Below, one piece after another: positions 50,245 through 62,005 of a DNA stretch of 64,000 bases (positions within the stretch are counted from its first letter, which is position 1; the number at the start of each line of letters is the position of its first letter). The position numbers and the translations under genes are program-made. The stretch is from Harriotta raleighana (taxonomy: Eukaryota): contig JBNZDD010013715.1 of the NCBI GenBank assembly GCA_050575255.1, forward strand, positions 5,583,603 through 5,647,602, read 5' to 3'. The notes beneath the pieces were generated by a model, which was given only the letters and a program-made list of their open reading frames with translations, did no database searches and was not told the origin of the DNA.

Positions 50245-50528
50245 GTGGCTGGGTTTTCAGCCTCTCTGCCCCCACACTATGGAACTCCATCCCGCAGTCC
50301 CTCCGCCTTGTTTCCTCCCTTTCCTCCTTCAAGGCCAGTCTCAAGACCTTCCTCTTTGACCGCGCCTTCGGCTCCCGCCCTAACTCTTCCCCCTCTCCCA
50401 CTCTGCTTCCCCTTCCCCCTACCCCGACCCTCCCCCCGCCTGCTCGGGTCCCGACCTGATTGTTCAGCGCTTTGGGACATTCTCCCGATGTGAAAGGCAC
50501 TATATAAGTGTAATTTTGTTGTTGTTGT
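50245..50528 (+). mobile_element. L2 3' tail
   Basis: Near-identical to 47270-47400 and 23228-23520; (TTG)n end. Confidence 0.85.
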
Positions 50529-51666
50529 AATCATATAATCTAGGAGCTCAAATATTTCTGCATTTGGGGCTCATTATCTACCAATTACATTAGCTTCCTA
50601 CCAAACTGTTAATCACTTCTCTCCTGTGTAGGATGTTCCAGTTAAAAAAAATCCATTGTAGATGTTTGTTCATGGAAAGATAGCAAAGCCACACAATAAA
50701 AAGTATCGGAAAGCGTGAAAAGTATCGTCTGAACAAATAAGGGCTATTGCCCTTATGAAGGAGATATTGAATGACAAAGGTCTCTTGTAACTGTCAGATT
50801 CCAGAGATATTTTTAGCAAGGTTTACTGAGGCTAGGTGCCCAAAGTCAATGTCAAAATGACAAATTGTCACCACTTGACTAAAACATACAAAAGGTGCAA
50901 ACATTACTTTGAAGGTTGACACCTATGTTAATGAAATGCAAATGATATAAACTTTCTGATGATATCATTTAAAGAACATTCGTGAGAACAAAAATAATTC
51001 GACACACAGGCTTGGTTGACATATGCAGGCCAGGCAAATACGAGTGCAATCCATTAGAAACCCAGAGGAATACAGCAAGACCTATTTGGAATTAGGAAGG
51101 TGACAGTACTTTTTTCACTGAAAAATGACAAGCAGATTAAGGACAAAGGAATATTTTTTTACAAGAAATGTTTAACTTTTTCAGTATTTTACAATTCAAA
51201 TTTTGTGATGTCTATACATGTATATTAGAGAAAAAATAAGACCAGAATAAGCAACACTGCAGTCAATACCATGGAATGAAGTGAAGTTTTATAAATTATA
51301 CCCTGTATAATTATGTAACAATAACAACAATAACTTGCATTTATATAGGGGCCGCCCCAAGCTGGGAAGCAGCTCAGAGTGCTTCCTTGGATGCATGGAT
51401 ATAGAAGAAAATATTTGCCTTACCTCTTTTCTTCCATATTCCACATGTAATTTACTCTGAACACATTCACTGGGTGAGAGATCAACCTTAATGTTACCCC
51501 AGTCTGTCTCTGCCAGACTCTGGCCCGTCTTTCATTTGCGCAGCGAGTGCTCTAATAACTGAGTTACAGGATCCCACATGCACCATTAAGATTTATCTTT
51601 CTTGGATCAAACGTGTGTGGCCTCACACGACCTCACATTGCCATAGTTGTGCCAATTTGTTTCATT

Positions 51667-52140
51667 TAATAATAATAATCCTTGTATTTGATAGCCACCC
51701 CTCCGCCCAAACCGCCCTACCATTGGTGGCCGGGCTTTCAGCCTCTCTGCACCCATACTCTGGAATTCCATCCCGCAATTTCTTCTCCTCGCTTCCTCCT
51801 TTTCCTCATTCAAGGCCGGTCTCAAGACCTTCCTCTTCAACCTCGCCTTCTGCTCCCCTCCTAACTCTCCCCCCTTTCCTACTCTCCTTCCCCCTGTCCC
51901 TACGCCGACCCATTCCCCCCTGCTTGGGTGCCGACCTAGCTGTTCAGCGCCTTGGGACGTCCTCCCAACATGAAAGGCGCTCTATAAATGTAATTTGGTT
52001 ATTGTTGTTGTTATCATGTCATCAAGACGTCTCAAAGCACTTCACAGAATATACTGTAAAGTGAATTAACCGTACATTTTGTGAGCGAAACTCAGCAGCC
52101 AACCTTTCAAAGCAGTGTCCCACAAACAGTTGTGGATTCA
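51667..52140. mobile_element. SINE 3' half (minus) with a plus-strand L2 tail (~51697-52010) inserted in it
   Basis: AATAATAATCCTTGTATTTGATAGC | L2 | TTATCATGTCATCAAGACGTCTCAAAGCACTTCACAG. Confidence 0.75.
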
Positions 52141-52635
52141 GTCCACAATGGGAATCTGTCTGTATCCCTTTGTAACTTGCTGTTTCCATCTGTACCATTT
52201 ATTATGCCTCCCAACTTAATATCATCTGGAAACTTTGATGTACAGTCCTCTCTTCCATCATCCAAAACATTGATATATGTGGTGAAAAGCTGATGCCCCA
52301 ATACAAATCCTACTTTTTACATCCCACCAATTAGAGAACACTCCTTATATCCCTACTCTCTGTCTCCTACCTGTCAACCAATTACAAACCCAACGAACAA
52401 GGTTACATCCAATTTTGTGCACTTTCAATTCACTAATAATCTCTTGAGTAGAACCTTATCAAATGCCTACTAAAAGTCCACATAGACAATATCCATACTA
52501 GTGATCGCCTCAAAAAAGACAACGAGATTAGTCAGACATGACCTGCGCTTCACAAATCTGCTCATTCTCCCTAATCAGTTGAAGTGCTCTCCAAGTGTTA
52601 AATCACCCTGTCGCTGATGATAGATTCCAGTGCTG
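52140..52635 (-). mobile_element. CR1 RT fragment
   Basis: QLFTTYINVLD..SKFPDDIKLGG..LQRDTDR; ACCTTATCAAATGCC encodes AFDKV on minus. Confidence 0.8.
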
Positions 52636-52874
52636 GAATTCATTGCTGTAGGCTAAAGCAAAAAGAATCAGTGTATTTAGATACATATATTTGATACATA
52701 TACGAAGAAGGGAAGAGAGGAGTGTTGGGGAGAAGAATAGAAGTAGTGGGGGCTTGGGTGGAATATAAACATTGGCACATACTAGTTGGGCTGAATGGCT
52801 TGTTTCTTTGCTGTATTAATCTGTTGACTTTATATCATTCTATGAACAATGAGTTATATCAAATATATGGGTAT

Positions 52875-53070
52875 TTTAATAATAATCCTTGCATTTGATA
52901 TAGTGCTTTACAGACGTCTCAAAGTGCTTCACGGAATATACTTTAAAATGAATTGACTGTATATTTGGGGGCGAAATGCGCCAGCCAATTGAGCACAGAG
53001 GTATCCCACAAACAGTCGTCGTGGATTGAAATAACCAATTTTTATTAATGTTTTTGTTTGAGGTATTATT
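52875..53070 (-). mobile_element. SINE 3' half
   Basis: Reverse-complement match to the family body and tail. Confidence 0.75.
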
Positions 53071-53759
53071 TATATGGTGCCCTTTATTGTTGTAGCATGG
53101 CCCCCTCTCTCAGGCAGATATAGCTGCACATGAAGATTCTCACTGCACCACTTAATCTTGGGGACAACAGCAATACAATAACCAAGGAGGGGAGCAAGAC
53201 CCTGGGCTTGTGGTAGGTGCCTGTCACTCCTCTTACTGACACAAGCATTTGCAATCCCTCTAGTTTTACTAGCCACTGCCTCGGGTCAGCATCAGCTTTG
53301 GATCAGCCTTGTGCCCTCAGGATCCCTGACCCTGAGCCAGGCCAAGGTCTCTCCTCTGCTCAGCCCGGTCCCAGCAGCAAGAGAGAGAGATGGGGATGTC
53401 AGCAACTCTTTTAAAAGTCACAGCCCCACTCCTGAAGACTTCCTGCCTACGAGAATTGCATGAAACATTAAGACAAGATTCTATCTCTTGGCTTTCAAAG
53501 GGACATTAAACATCTGATATCTATTTTGGGATTATGCTTGTGCAAAAATATCTTGTGCACTTACCTCCAAAAATCACGACATGACAAAGCACTATACATA
53601 CAGTATATATATTTTTTTTAATTTTATTTTTTATTTTTCCTTGCTGCCTCTTTATATCTCATTAAGTTTTTTGCAATAATTCATGAATCCTCTCAGTGGT
53701 GAATGTACATCTCCAGCACTTTAAGATAAAAAATACAGTTTGCAACGTATCAATTATGT

Positions 53760-54203
53760 GACATTGTTTAGCTCAGGGATTAGAGCACTCACCTTGCAAG
53801 TGAGCGACCTGGGTTCTATTCTTGGCAAAGCAAAATGTTGAGCTAGTTTCTTTGCTCCACACGTCTATCAGTAAGTAGGAACTCGGTTGTTAGTCGATTG
53901 GTGGATCTCCTTTCCGGGATAATAATCCTTAAAAAAAACAATAATTTGGTCACTCAATCCATGACTGTTTGTGGGACACTGCTGTGCGCAATTAACTGCC
54001 GTGTGGGAGACCGTTGAAGTGCTCTGAGACGCTGTCCGGCGTGGAGGGCGCTACATAAATCGAAGTTGTTGTTGTATGCAATTGGCTTCCGCATTTCATT
54101 CAGATAGTATACAGTTAATCTACCTTACAATATATTATGTGAAGCACTTTGAGACGTCTTGAAAATTTAATTAGGTGCTACATCAATACAAGGATTGGTA
54201 TTA
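53760..54203 (+). mobile_element. Long-form tRNA-SINE with a nested L2 tail (~54005-54073)
   Basis: Head GCTCAGGGATTAGAGCACTCACCTTGCAAGTGAG, CAGTAAGTAGGAACTCGGTTGTTAG module; the Deu segment is duplicated around the insert. Confidence 0.75.
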
Positions 54204-55124
54204 TCAGCAACACAGACTGCGCATTATACTCATGCAGCACAGCTGACATCACTTCACAAAGGAAGAGATGTCAGTGGCACTTCCTGTGCATGTCCTAACA
54301 CAGGAAGTAATGTCCACAGGATTGTGACAACCCAGAAGTCAGACATTCTTTAGCATTTTGCTTTCAACCTGACTTGTGACCATGTTTTTCAAATGGTTCC
54401 TTTACTTAATGTTGAAGTCAAGGGATGTTCAACTTCACAATAAGTCTTTCGGAAAGGTTGGAAAAATAGAATGTTTCATAAAAATGTGATAATTTGTTAT
54501 GAAACATTATATTTACACCCTATTTTTCACTCTCTCACTGCCCCTGTATCCTTAGATCCCTTCCTTAGATTGGCTGACCTTGTCCCACTGCTCCCCTACT
54601 CCTAGCATTGGTCTGCGGTTTTGGTTATCACTCCTGACCCAAAATAGCTTTGCTTCTGTCCCTCATCCCTCATTACACCTACTTACTTTTTCTGCTCCTA
54701 ATCTCTGGAACTCCATCACCAATTCATCCAACTTCTTCCTTCCTTCATCTCTTTTAAGGTCCATCTCAAGACTTGAGTCTCTGATCTGCTTTCAGTCATA
54801 TCCCCTTTGCCCCTCGCTCATCTCCAATCTCAGCTCAGAATCCAAGCAAGTATTGTTAAGCATCTTGGATGTCCTTTCACTGTGAAAGACGCTATATAAA
54901 TTTAATTTGTTTTGCACAGTAAAGTATTGAATTATGTTTTAAAATGAGTAACTCCTTTTATGATGAGTAAAGATTAATATGTTCTATTTTGTGTGTGCTA
55001 ATTTGGTTTCAAATGTAGACTTGGATATCTTATTATGAGGCCAATTCAATGGTTCATTTGATACTCATCACAAATCTTCTTTTAACAGCTAACTGAAATC
55101 AAATTGTTTGAAGGAATGAGAAAA

Positions 55125-55440
55125 ATAATAAGAATCCTTGCATTTGATGCAGCGCTTTTCATATCTTCTAGATGTCTCAAAGTGTTTCAGAGAATATACT
55201 GTGGCGTAAATTGACTGTATACAGTATTTGTGGGTGAAAAACAGCAGCCAATTGCGCACAGTAATGTTCCACAAGCAGTCGTGGATTGAAATAACCAATT
55301 TATTATTGTTTTCTTTTTCAGGGATTATTATCAGGCATGTGGAGTAAGGAAACTTGTCCAAGGTATCGCCCTGCCAGGGATTGAATTTAGGGTCTCTTGT
55401 TTGTCAGGAGAGTGTTCTAACTACTGAGCTGCAGGACTCC
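55125..55440 (-). mobile_element. Young short-form tRNA-SINE, full length
   Basis: Reverse complement of the 49181-49493 family; begins GGAGTCCTGCAGCTCAG on minus. Confidence 0.85.
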
Positions 55441-56069
55441 AAAATACTAAAGAAATTAAAGAAATATATCTTTGGTGGAGCAGTCAAGGCATATTGAAAA
55501 AATATCCACACAGAAGTCTACACAAGGTCAGAAACAGCATTGCTGTTCATCTGGCATGTCATTAGCAAAGTTTTCAAAAATAACTTTTTTTTAAAGTAGG
55601 AATAAAATCAGATAATGATCTAGTGAAGAGCAAAACAAGAACAACAGCAAAATAACCAGCAAATAACACAGAACTGATGCATACATATTGAGAAAAAGCA
55701 AGAGAGACAGACTGACAGTACAATTGTAGGCAACAAAAGTGAGATCGACAGGAAAGCTCTTAAGGCAGGCAAAGATAGGCTTTAAATAGTCCTACCAGTG
55801 CTGTCTGCAATGTTACTCACATTCTGGTCAAACCACCAATCTTTCAACCTGTTTCACTCACTAAAATTCACTCTTTGTCAGCAACCTAATTGTTCGAAAT
55901 GATAGAGAACTGCCAAAGTCAACATCAAACTTGTACTTCACATTGCCTCCTCCAAGATAAGCTTTCAAGCTTATGCTATATTTAATGTACAAATGATTTG
56001 AGTCAGACAAACAGAGAAAAGGAGAATTTAATGGTGAATCCATTCAGATTTATCCTCCTGCAAATGTAC

Positions 56070-56487
56070 ATAAATAGCTGAACTTGCATGTGATGCAGCA
56101 CCATACATCTCAAAGTGTTTCAGACAATGAATTGCTTTTTATGTGTAGAGAGTAAGCAACATGACAGCTGAGCTACAGCAGCAACATGCAGCAATGAGAG
56201 GAATAATGCTTTTGCTTATGCTTTTGCTGATGATAGAATTTCCGAAATTTGGTTGAGGGAAGCCAAGACACATGAGGAGTTCTGAGCTCTCCATAACAGT
56301 GCTGCAGAGTCTTCAGAATCTACCTGATAGATAGATAGAATCTCTCATTGCTTTCTTATCCAAACTCCCTGCATTCTATACTTGAGTGTCAGCCTGGAAC
56401 AAAACATAAAGTCCACTGTGTGAGGGCTCCTACTGACAACTTTCTGATCCAGAGATGAGTGTGCTACCAACTGAGCCAAGCTGTCAC
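56070..56487 (-). mobile_element. Old Deu-domain SINE, very degenerate
   Basis: GTGCTACCAACTGAGCCAAGCTG head and GAGTGTCAGCCT segment. Confidence 0.5.
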
Positions 56488-57684
56488 ACACATATTACTC
56501 TGCCAATCCAGGCTAGGTATATGTTTCTTGAAGATACAATTGAAATTGCATTATATAGTATGGATTTGAATGAATGCATCACAAACCACTTTTTAATCTC
56601 CTTAAATTTTTAATCTCCTGGAATTATTAGAATCTCCCATTTAATAGTGCACATTTATAACAACCTTTAACGGACAAGATCACAAAGCCCCAATTCCTGT
56701 GTTAAGTATTAGACACATGTTATAAAAATATATTCTTATTAGACACATTTGTGTTATATTTCTATAAATATATACATTTCTTGTATATGCACTGCTAAAG
56801 GCAGTCATCATAATCAGAATGTCACAAACATCGTCATGTTAAGGTCACTGTTTTCTTTCCCAAGATGTTGAAGTGTTTACTTTTGGGTCTTCAGAAGTGA
56901 AAATTTCAGTTAGATTTAAGATTACAATACATTTCATGTCAGTATGAAGAAATACATTTGCCTAAGGTGATAGAGGTATCATAATATGAGAGAGCCCCAA
57001 GCACTGAACCGTAGAGTGCTGGGACTCCATCTTAATGGCCATAAGTTACAGATCTCAGTTGTGCAAAGGCTTGATTCACCCAAATTGTTACTGCTTTTCA
57101 GGCAGTCGATGTTCATAGAGTATGTTACCTATCAAGCCTCTCAGCCAGTGTTGGCAGACTTGCGAGCAGAAAACACAAGAAAAAGAAATGCCTTGCTATA
57201 AAAATACAACTCTTAAGGAGAAGCACAAGGTTAATTTTTCTTTGAGTTTCCAATTACTTGCTCACGTTGCAGGAAATCTGTCAATGTATAAAATATCTGA
57301 AGCTCATGAAACAGGTTCTGTTCCCACAAAAAATAGTTAATTCAAATTAATTTAAAGTTCATTTTGCACCCAGCAGAATTCCATCTAATATAGGTAGCAG
57401 CTATCCTTTCACCTCTTCTTTTCCGTTTAGCTTCAATGTACTAACATTTAGCTTTCGCAAAATCAAGATGAAACTGAATAGAAAAGAAAATTACAGGGCT
57501 ATCCAGTCAGGATGAAATCAGATATAAAATGCTGCAGCCTGAATAACCTCTGATTGTAAAGACACTCAGTCAGCACATAGCTGCTGTCTAAGTAGGTCAG
57601 ATAGCTGCATTGAATAGGATCTATGGGAAATTACTTTCGCTAAAGGATTGATAAGAAGTGTTAGGACATTTTTTTAAATCTTAC

Positions 57685-57884
57685 CTTCATCAAGCAGTTG
57701 TGCTTTGGAGCACAAGAATGCAATCTCTTGGTCTAAACATTTATCTTCTGGATTCTCTTCACCAAAACTGTGTCCATGATTCCTTCACGCTTGAAAATAT
57801 TGTTCTTCCGGTTTTGCCTTCCAGTACAGTGTTATAAGATGGGGTCTGACAGCTTCATCAAGCCTTTACAGTCAAACTGTATCT
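57685..57884 (-). other. Candidate 200-nt exon of a minus-strand transcript (5' UTR/first coding codons or lncRNA)
   Basis: Strong acceptor CCCCCGTCTTTCCCTCAG| and donor ATGAAG|GTAAGA; purine/GAA-rich unique interior; stops in all three frames; ends with ATG AAG. Confidence 0.4.
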
Positions 57885-59469
57885 CTGAGGGAAAGACGGG
57901 GGTTTCATACAAGGTATAACGAAAATATTCAGCATTGTATAGAAATTATGTTGTTAGAAATAAATTTAGGAATTGTATTTATAAATTGTGTACTCACCAA
58001 GTGTTGTATTGTATCTACGCCTTCATATGTGTACATCACATTTTATACCATTTAAACAGGGATCTGTCATAAACCGGATGATGCCAACCTTGCAATATCA
58101 GTATTACAAGGGCCATGTTTAATATTGTGTTAACTTGCAATTCAACCACAATCTGTCCAGAATCCAGCACATTAGGGACATTTATTTAAGTGTCAAGTGC
58201 TTGAGTCACCACAGATTCAAACATAGTTCAACATGAATCATTTACCAACTCCTTACTAATACCTATGTTTGAAACAGCTCAAATCTTATCCTAAATATAC
58301 CACACACAATCTTTCATGTCAACATTAACAGTGATCATAACAGACAAGGTTATGATATACATCTACAAGAAGTGTACAATGTATTGCCTACGTAATCTAG
58401 TCACTGTATATTACAGGAAATCCTGCGAATTACTTTGACATACTTCAATAATGTGATAAGGCACTAAATCAAATACAAGGATTATTATAATGTATGTGAC
58501 ACTCTACTTGACACAGTTTAACTCCTGGGAATATTTCTCAGTCAAAAATACGTTTTTAATTCATGTCAATTTTCATAAATGTAAAATGCTAAGTTTTTTT
58601 AAACACTTGAATGTTACAGAGAAAAGAATGTCTGGAAATCTGAGCTCACTTAATCTAATAATCTGACAGTTTTAACAATTTGTCACCTCCTTTCACAACA
58701 TCAATGAAATCTTCCTATATACTGTATATCAGGCTCATTTGGTACTGGGGCTGTTTAATTGTTTATGCAGCAAATTTGCCTGCTGTGACATGGTTGAATA
58801 ATCTAATCATAGCTATGGAAACATGTCTTGTCCTATTAGATATGCAATGGTTTAGATGCACGCATTGCTCTCGGCAACAGTAACACTGGTTGGAAAGCAT
58901 TGCTGAGTACTGTGAATCCATGACAATGTCTGTACAGATATTCATATGAATCACAAATGTTCTGCTTTGCAGTGTCCTTTACGAAATGCTAATTTTCAAG
59001 CTCTATTAGAACTTTCTGTAGTAATAGCATAGCAGGTAATTCAATTGTAAAAATACATGAAATAATCATTTGAAGCAATTTCATCAATGTGATGTGATAT
59101 TTTGTTTTTGGAGTTTGTAATAGACAATTCCAAACCTCAAATTGTGACCTTTCTGGTTACTCCAAGTATGTCATGCTAACTTGTAGCATGTCTTCTCCAA
59201 CATAATCTCCTTTAAGATTGCAATGAGTGATTTAGAGTCCTCCAATACGTTATCCTGTCTGAAAGGCTTTATAGAAATGCAAGTTGTTGATGTTGTCCTG
59301 CACATCCATCTATCAACAGCAATCACTTTTATTATTATTTCTGACTCCAATTGTTCCCAATATACCAACCAGTTCAGGGAACACTCATGTTGACCTACAT
59401 CATTTGGATGAATATATGTACTTGCTGCTTCCTACAGTGAAGAATTGTCAGGAACCAGCCATTCTCTAA

Positions 59470-61312
59470 ATGACAATTCCTCAACATGAACATCAACAAG
59501 ACCAAAGCCCTCCTGATTGTCTCCTATCAGCACCTCCACACCTCAGGCACTGACAGCATCACCATCCATTGATTCACACTCCACCTCACTGAGCCAGTTT
59601 GGAATCGTGGCAATTTCTTTGACCCTCAATTGTCCTTTCTACCCTCTATTGTTGTTTTTTTCCACTCTGCCTTTGCCCACCTCCACAAAATCACCCAAGT
59701 CCACCACTACCTCACCCCTCGAGCTATCAAAATCTTCACCCATGCATTTATTACATCCTGGCTTGATGACACCAACTTGTCATCCTTCCCAAATCTTCGT
59801 TGCACAAGCTGCAGTTCACTCAGAATTCTGCAGCTCATGTCCTCTTCCATGCCAGTCTCTGTGAACCTCCACCTGGCTCCAATGGCACCCCATCTCCCAG
59901 AGTATAGAATTCATAATCCTTGCCTTGCTTCGTCCTATTTCTATGACCAGCTAACACCATAACAACCTGTCCATTCCTTCCACTCAGCAGCCTCTAGCCT
60001 GCTCCACATCCCCTACTAGACAATTGGGCCTTCAGCCTCTAACCCCATCCTTTGGAACTCCATCCCATAGTATATTGCCTTATTCCCTCCCTTGCTTCCA
60101 TTGTCTCAAGTCCCTGCTCTTTGACCACTCCTTCAGCCATTCCCCTACAAGAGAGTTGTGGTGAACAGCTGCTTTTCTGACTGTAGGGAAGTGTATATTG
60201 GGGTCCCCCAGGGATTAGGATTGGGACCACTGCTCTTTTTAATTTATATAAGTGATTGGGACTTGGATATTTTTTCACTCAGTACCATTTTGAAGTTTGC
60301 AGATGACACAAAGTTAGGGAAAATAATAAATAGTGAAGAAGATAGTAGTCTTCTACAAGAAGATATAGACCGAATAGTAAAATGGGCAGACACATGGCAG
60401 ATGAAATTTAATGTAGAGAAAATGTGAGGTAATGCATTTTGGGAGGAGAAATGAGGGGAGGTAATATAGGCTAGGTATTACAATTTTAAGGGGTGTGAAG
60501 GAACAGTGAGACCTGGAGGTTTGTGTGAGTGATTCTTTAAAGGTGGCAGGACAGGTAGACAAGGTTGTCAAAAAAGCATATGGGATACTAGGCTTTATAA
60601 ATAGGACGGGAAAGTCAGGAAGTTCTGACTAAACTCTATAAAACTTTGGTTAGGCCTTAGCTGGAATACTATGTACAATTCTGGTCAGCACACTTTAGGA
60701 AGGATGTTGGATGAAGGCATTGGAAACAGTTCAAAGGAGATTTACCAGGATGGTACCAGGAATGAGGGACTTCAGTTATGAGGAAAGGCTAGGTTTATTC
60801 TCATTAGAACAAAGAAGGTTGCGAGGAGACCCAATAGAGGTTTTTAAGATCATGAGGGGATTCAACAGAGTAGATCGGGAAAAACTGTTTCCTCTTGTGG
60901 GCGTATCATTAATTAGTGATCACAAATTTAAAGTAGTTTCAAAAAGAAGCAGGGGTGGTGAGGAGAAATGTTTTCACTCAGCGAGTTGTTTGAATCTGGA
61001 ATGCATTGCCTGAAAAGGTGATGGAGGCCGATTCGATAACAATTTTTAAAAGAGAGGTAGACATTTATTTGTTTGCGAACTTATGGAGAAAGAGCTGGGG
61101 AGTAAGATTAAATTGCTCTTTTTAAAGAGCCGGCACAGACTCGATGGGCCGAATGGTCTCCTTTTGTAAGATTCTATGATACCGCTAGCCTCTCTGAACT
61201 CCACCCCTTTTGTTTGCAATCTCTTGCTCGGGTCCAAATCCCGGATCGTCCAGCACCTTGGGATATCCACTCGACATGATAGGCGCTATATAAATATAAT
61301 TTGCTGCTGTTG
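59470..61312 (+). mobile_element. Degenerate L2 3' region (59470-60148 and 61185-61312) split by CR1
   Basis: THAFITSWLD-type relics; the L2 3' UTR resumes after the CR1 tail and ends in GGCGCTATATAAAT..TTGCTGCTGTTG. Confidence 0.65.
60150..61180 (+). mobile_element. CR1 LINE, RT domain to 3' end, frameshifted
   Basis: GVPQGLGLGPLLFLIYISD..KFADDTKLG..LQEDIDRIVKWADTWQMKFNVEK; VQRRFTRMVPG..YEERL..LFSLEQRRLRGD; ATTCTATG tail. Confidence 0.92.
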
Positions 61313-61344
61313 TTTGTGCGTAGACAGTGAGTATTGGCCCACTA

Positions 61345-61805
61345 TAGGAACATAGGAATTTAAGAATTAGGAGCAGGAGTAGGCCAATTCTGCCCCTCAA
61401 GTTTGTCCCCCCATTCAATAAGATCATAGCTGATCTTCTAATCTAACTCCATCTGCCCGCTTTATCCCCATATCCCTTTATCCCTCTATCCATAAGAAAT
61501 CTATCAATCTCAGTCTTGAATATGTTCAAGAAACAGTCTCCCACTGTCTATTCTGTCATACCCCTTAAGAAACCTATAGGTTTCTATAATATCACTTCTA
61601 ATTCTTCTATATTCTAGAGAATATAGGCCTAGTTTACTCAACCTATCCTCATAGTTCAACTCCTCATCCCAGGAACCCACCTAGTAAATCTATGCTGCAT
61701 CCCCTCTAAGGTGAGCTGGTCCTTTCTTAAATAAGGAGTCCAAAACTGCACACAATATTCTAGCTGATGACTCACCAAGGCCCTATATAATTGCAGCAAG
61801 ACTTT
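61345..61805 (-). mobile_element. CR1 3' fragment
   Basis: Reverse-complement match to 16381-16972 (GGAGCAGGAGTAGGCC, CAAAACTGCACACAATATTCTAG). Confidence 0.8.
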
Positions 61806-61814
61806 CTATGTGGC

Positions 61815-62005
61815 ATTGAAAGTTGAGTCTTAACAGCCAAGCCCAAACCTGTCCCTATTTAGTAGTCACTCACATATAGGTGGGTCACTCCATGTTGTTG
61901 CTGAAAAGAACCACAGATGTTTTTCCCCTCACTATACCAAACAGGAATTGAGGCCAAATGAAACACATGTACTGCTCCCTCCTGAGATCAGCCAACTAAA
62001 AGCCT
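61815..62005 (-). mobile_element. Ancient SINE remnant, AmnSINE2-like
   Basis: Minus strand GCTGATCTCAG..TTGGCCTCA..GAGGGGAAAAA..GTGACCC..GACAGG..GGCTTGGCTGT follows the motif order I recall for AmnSINE2-type elements. Confidence 0.4.
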
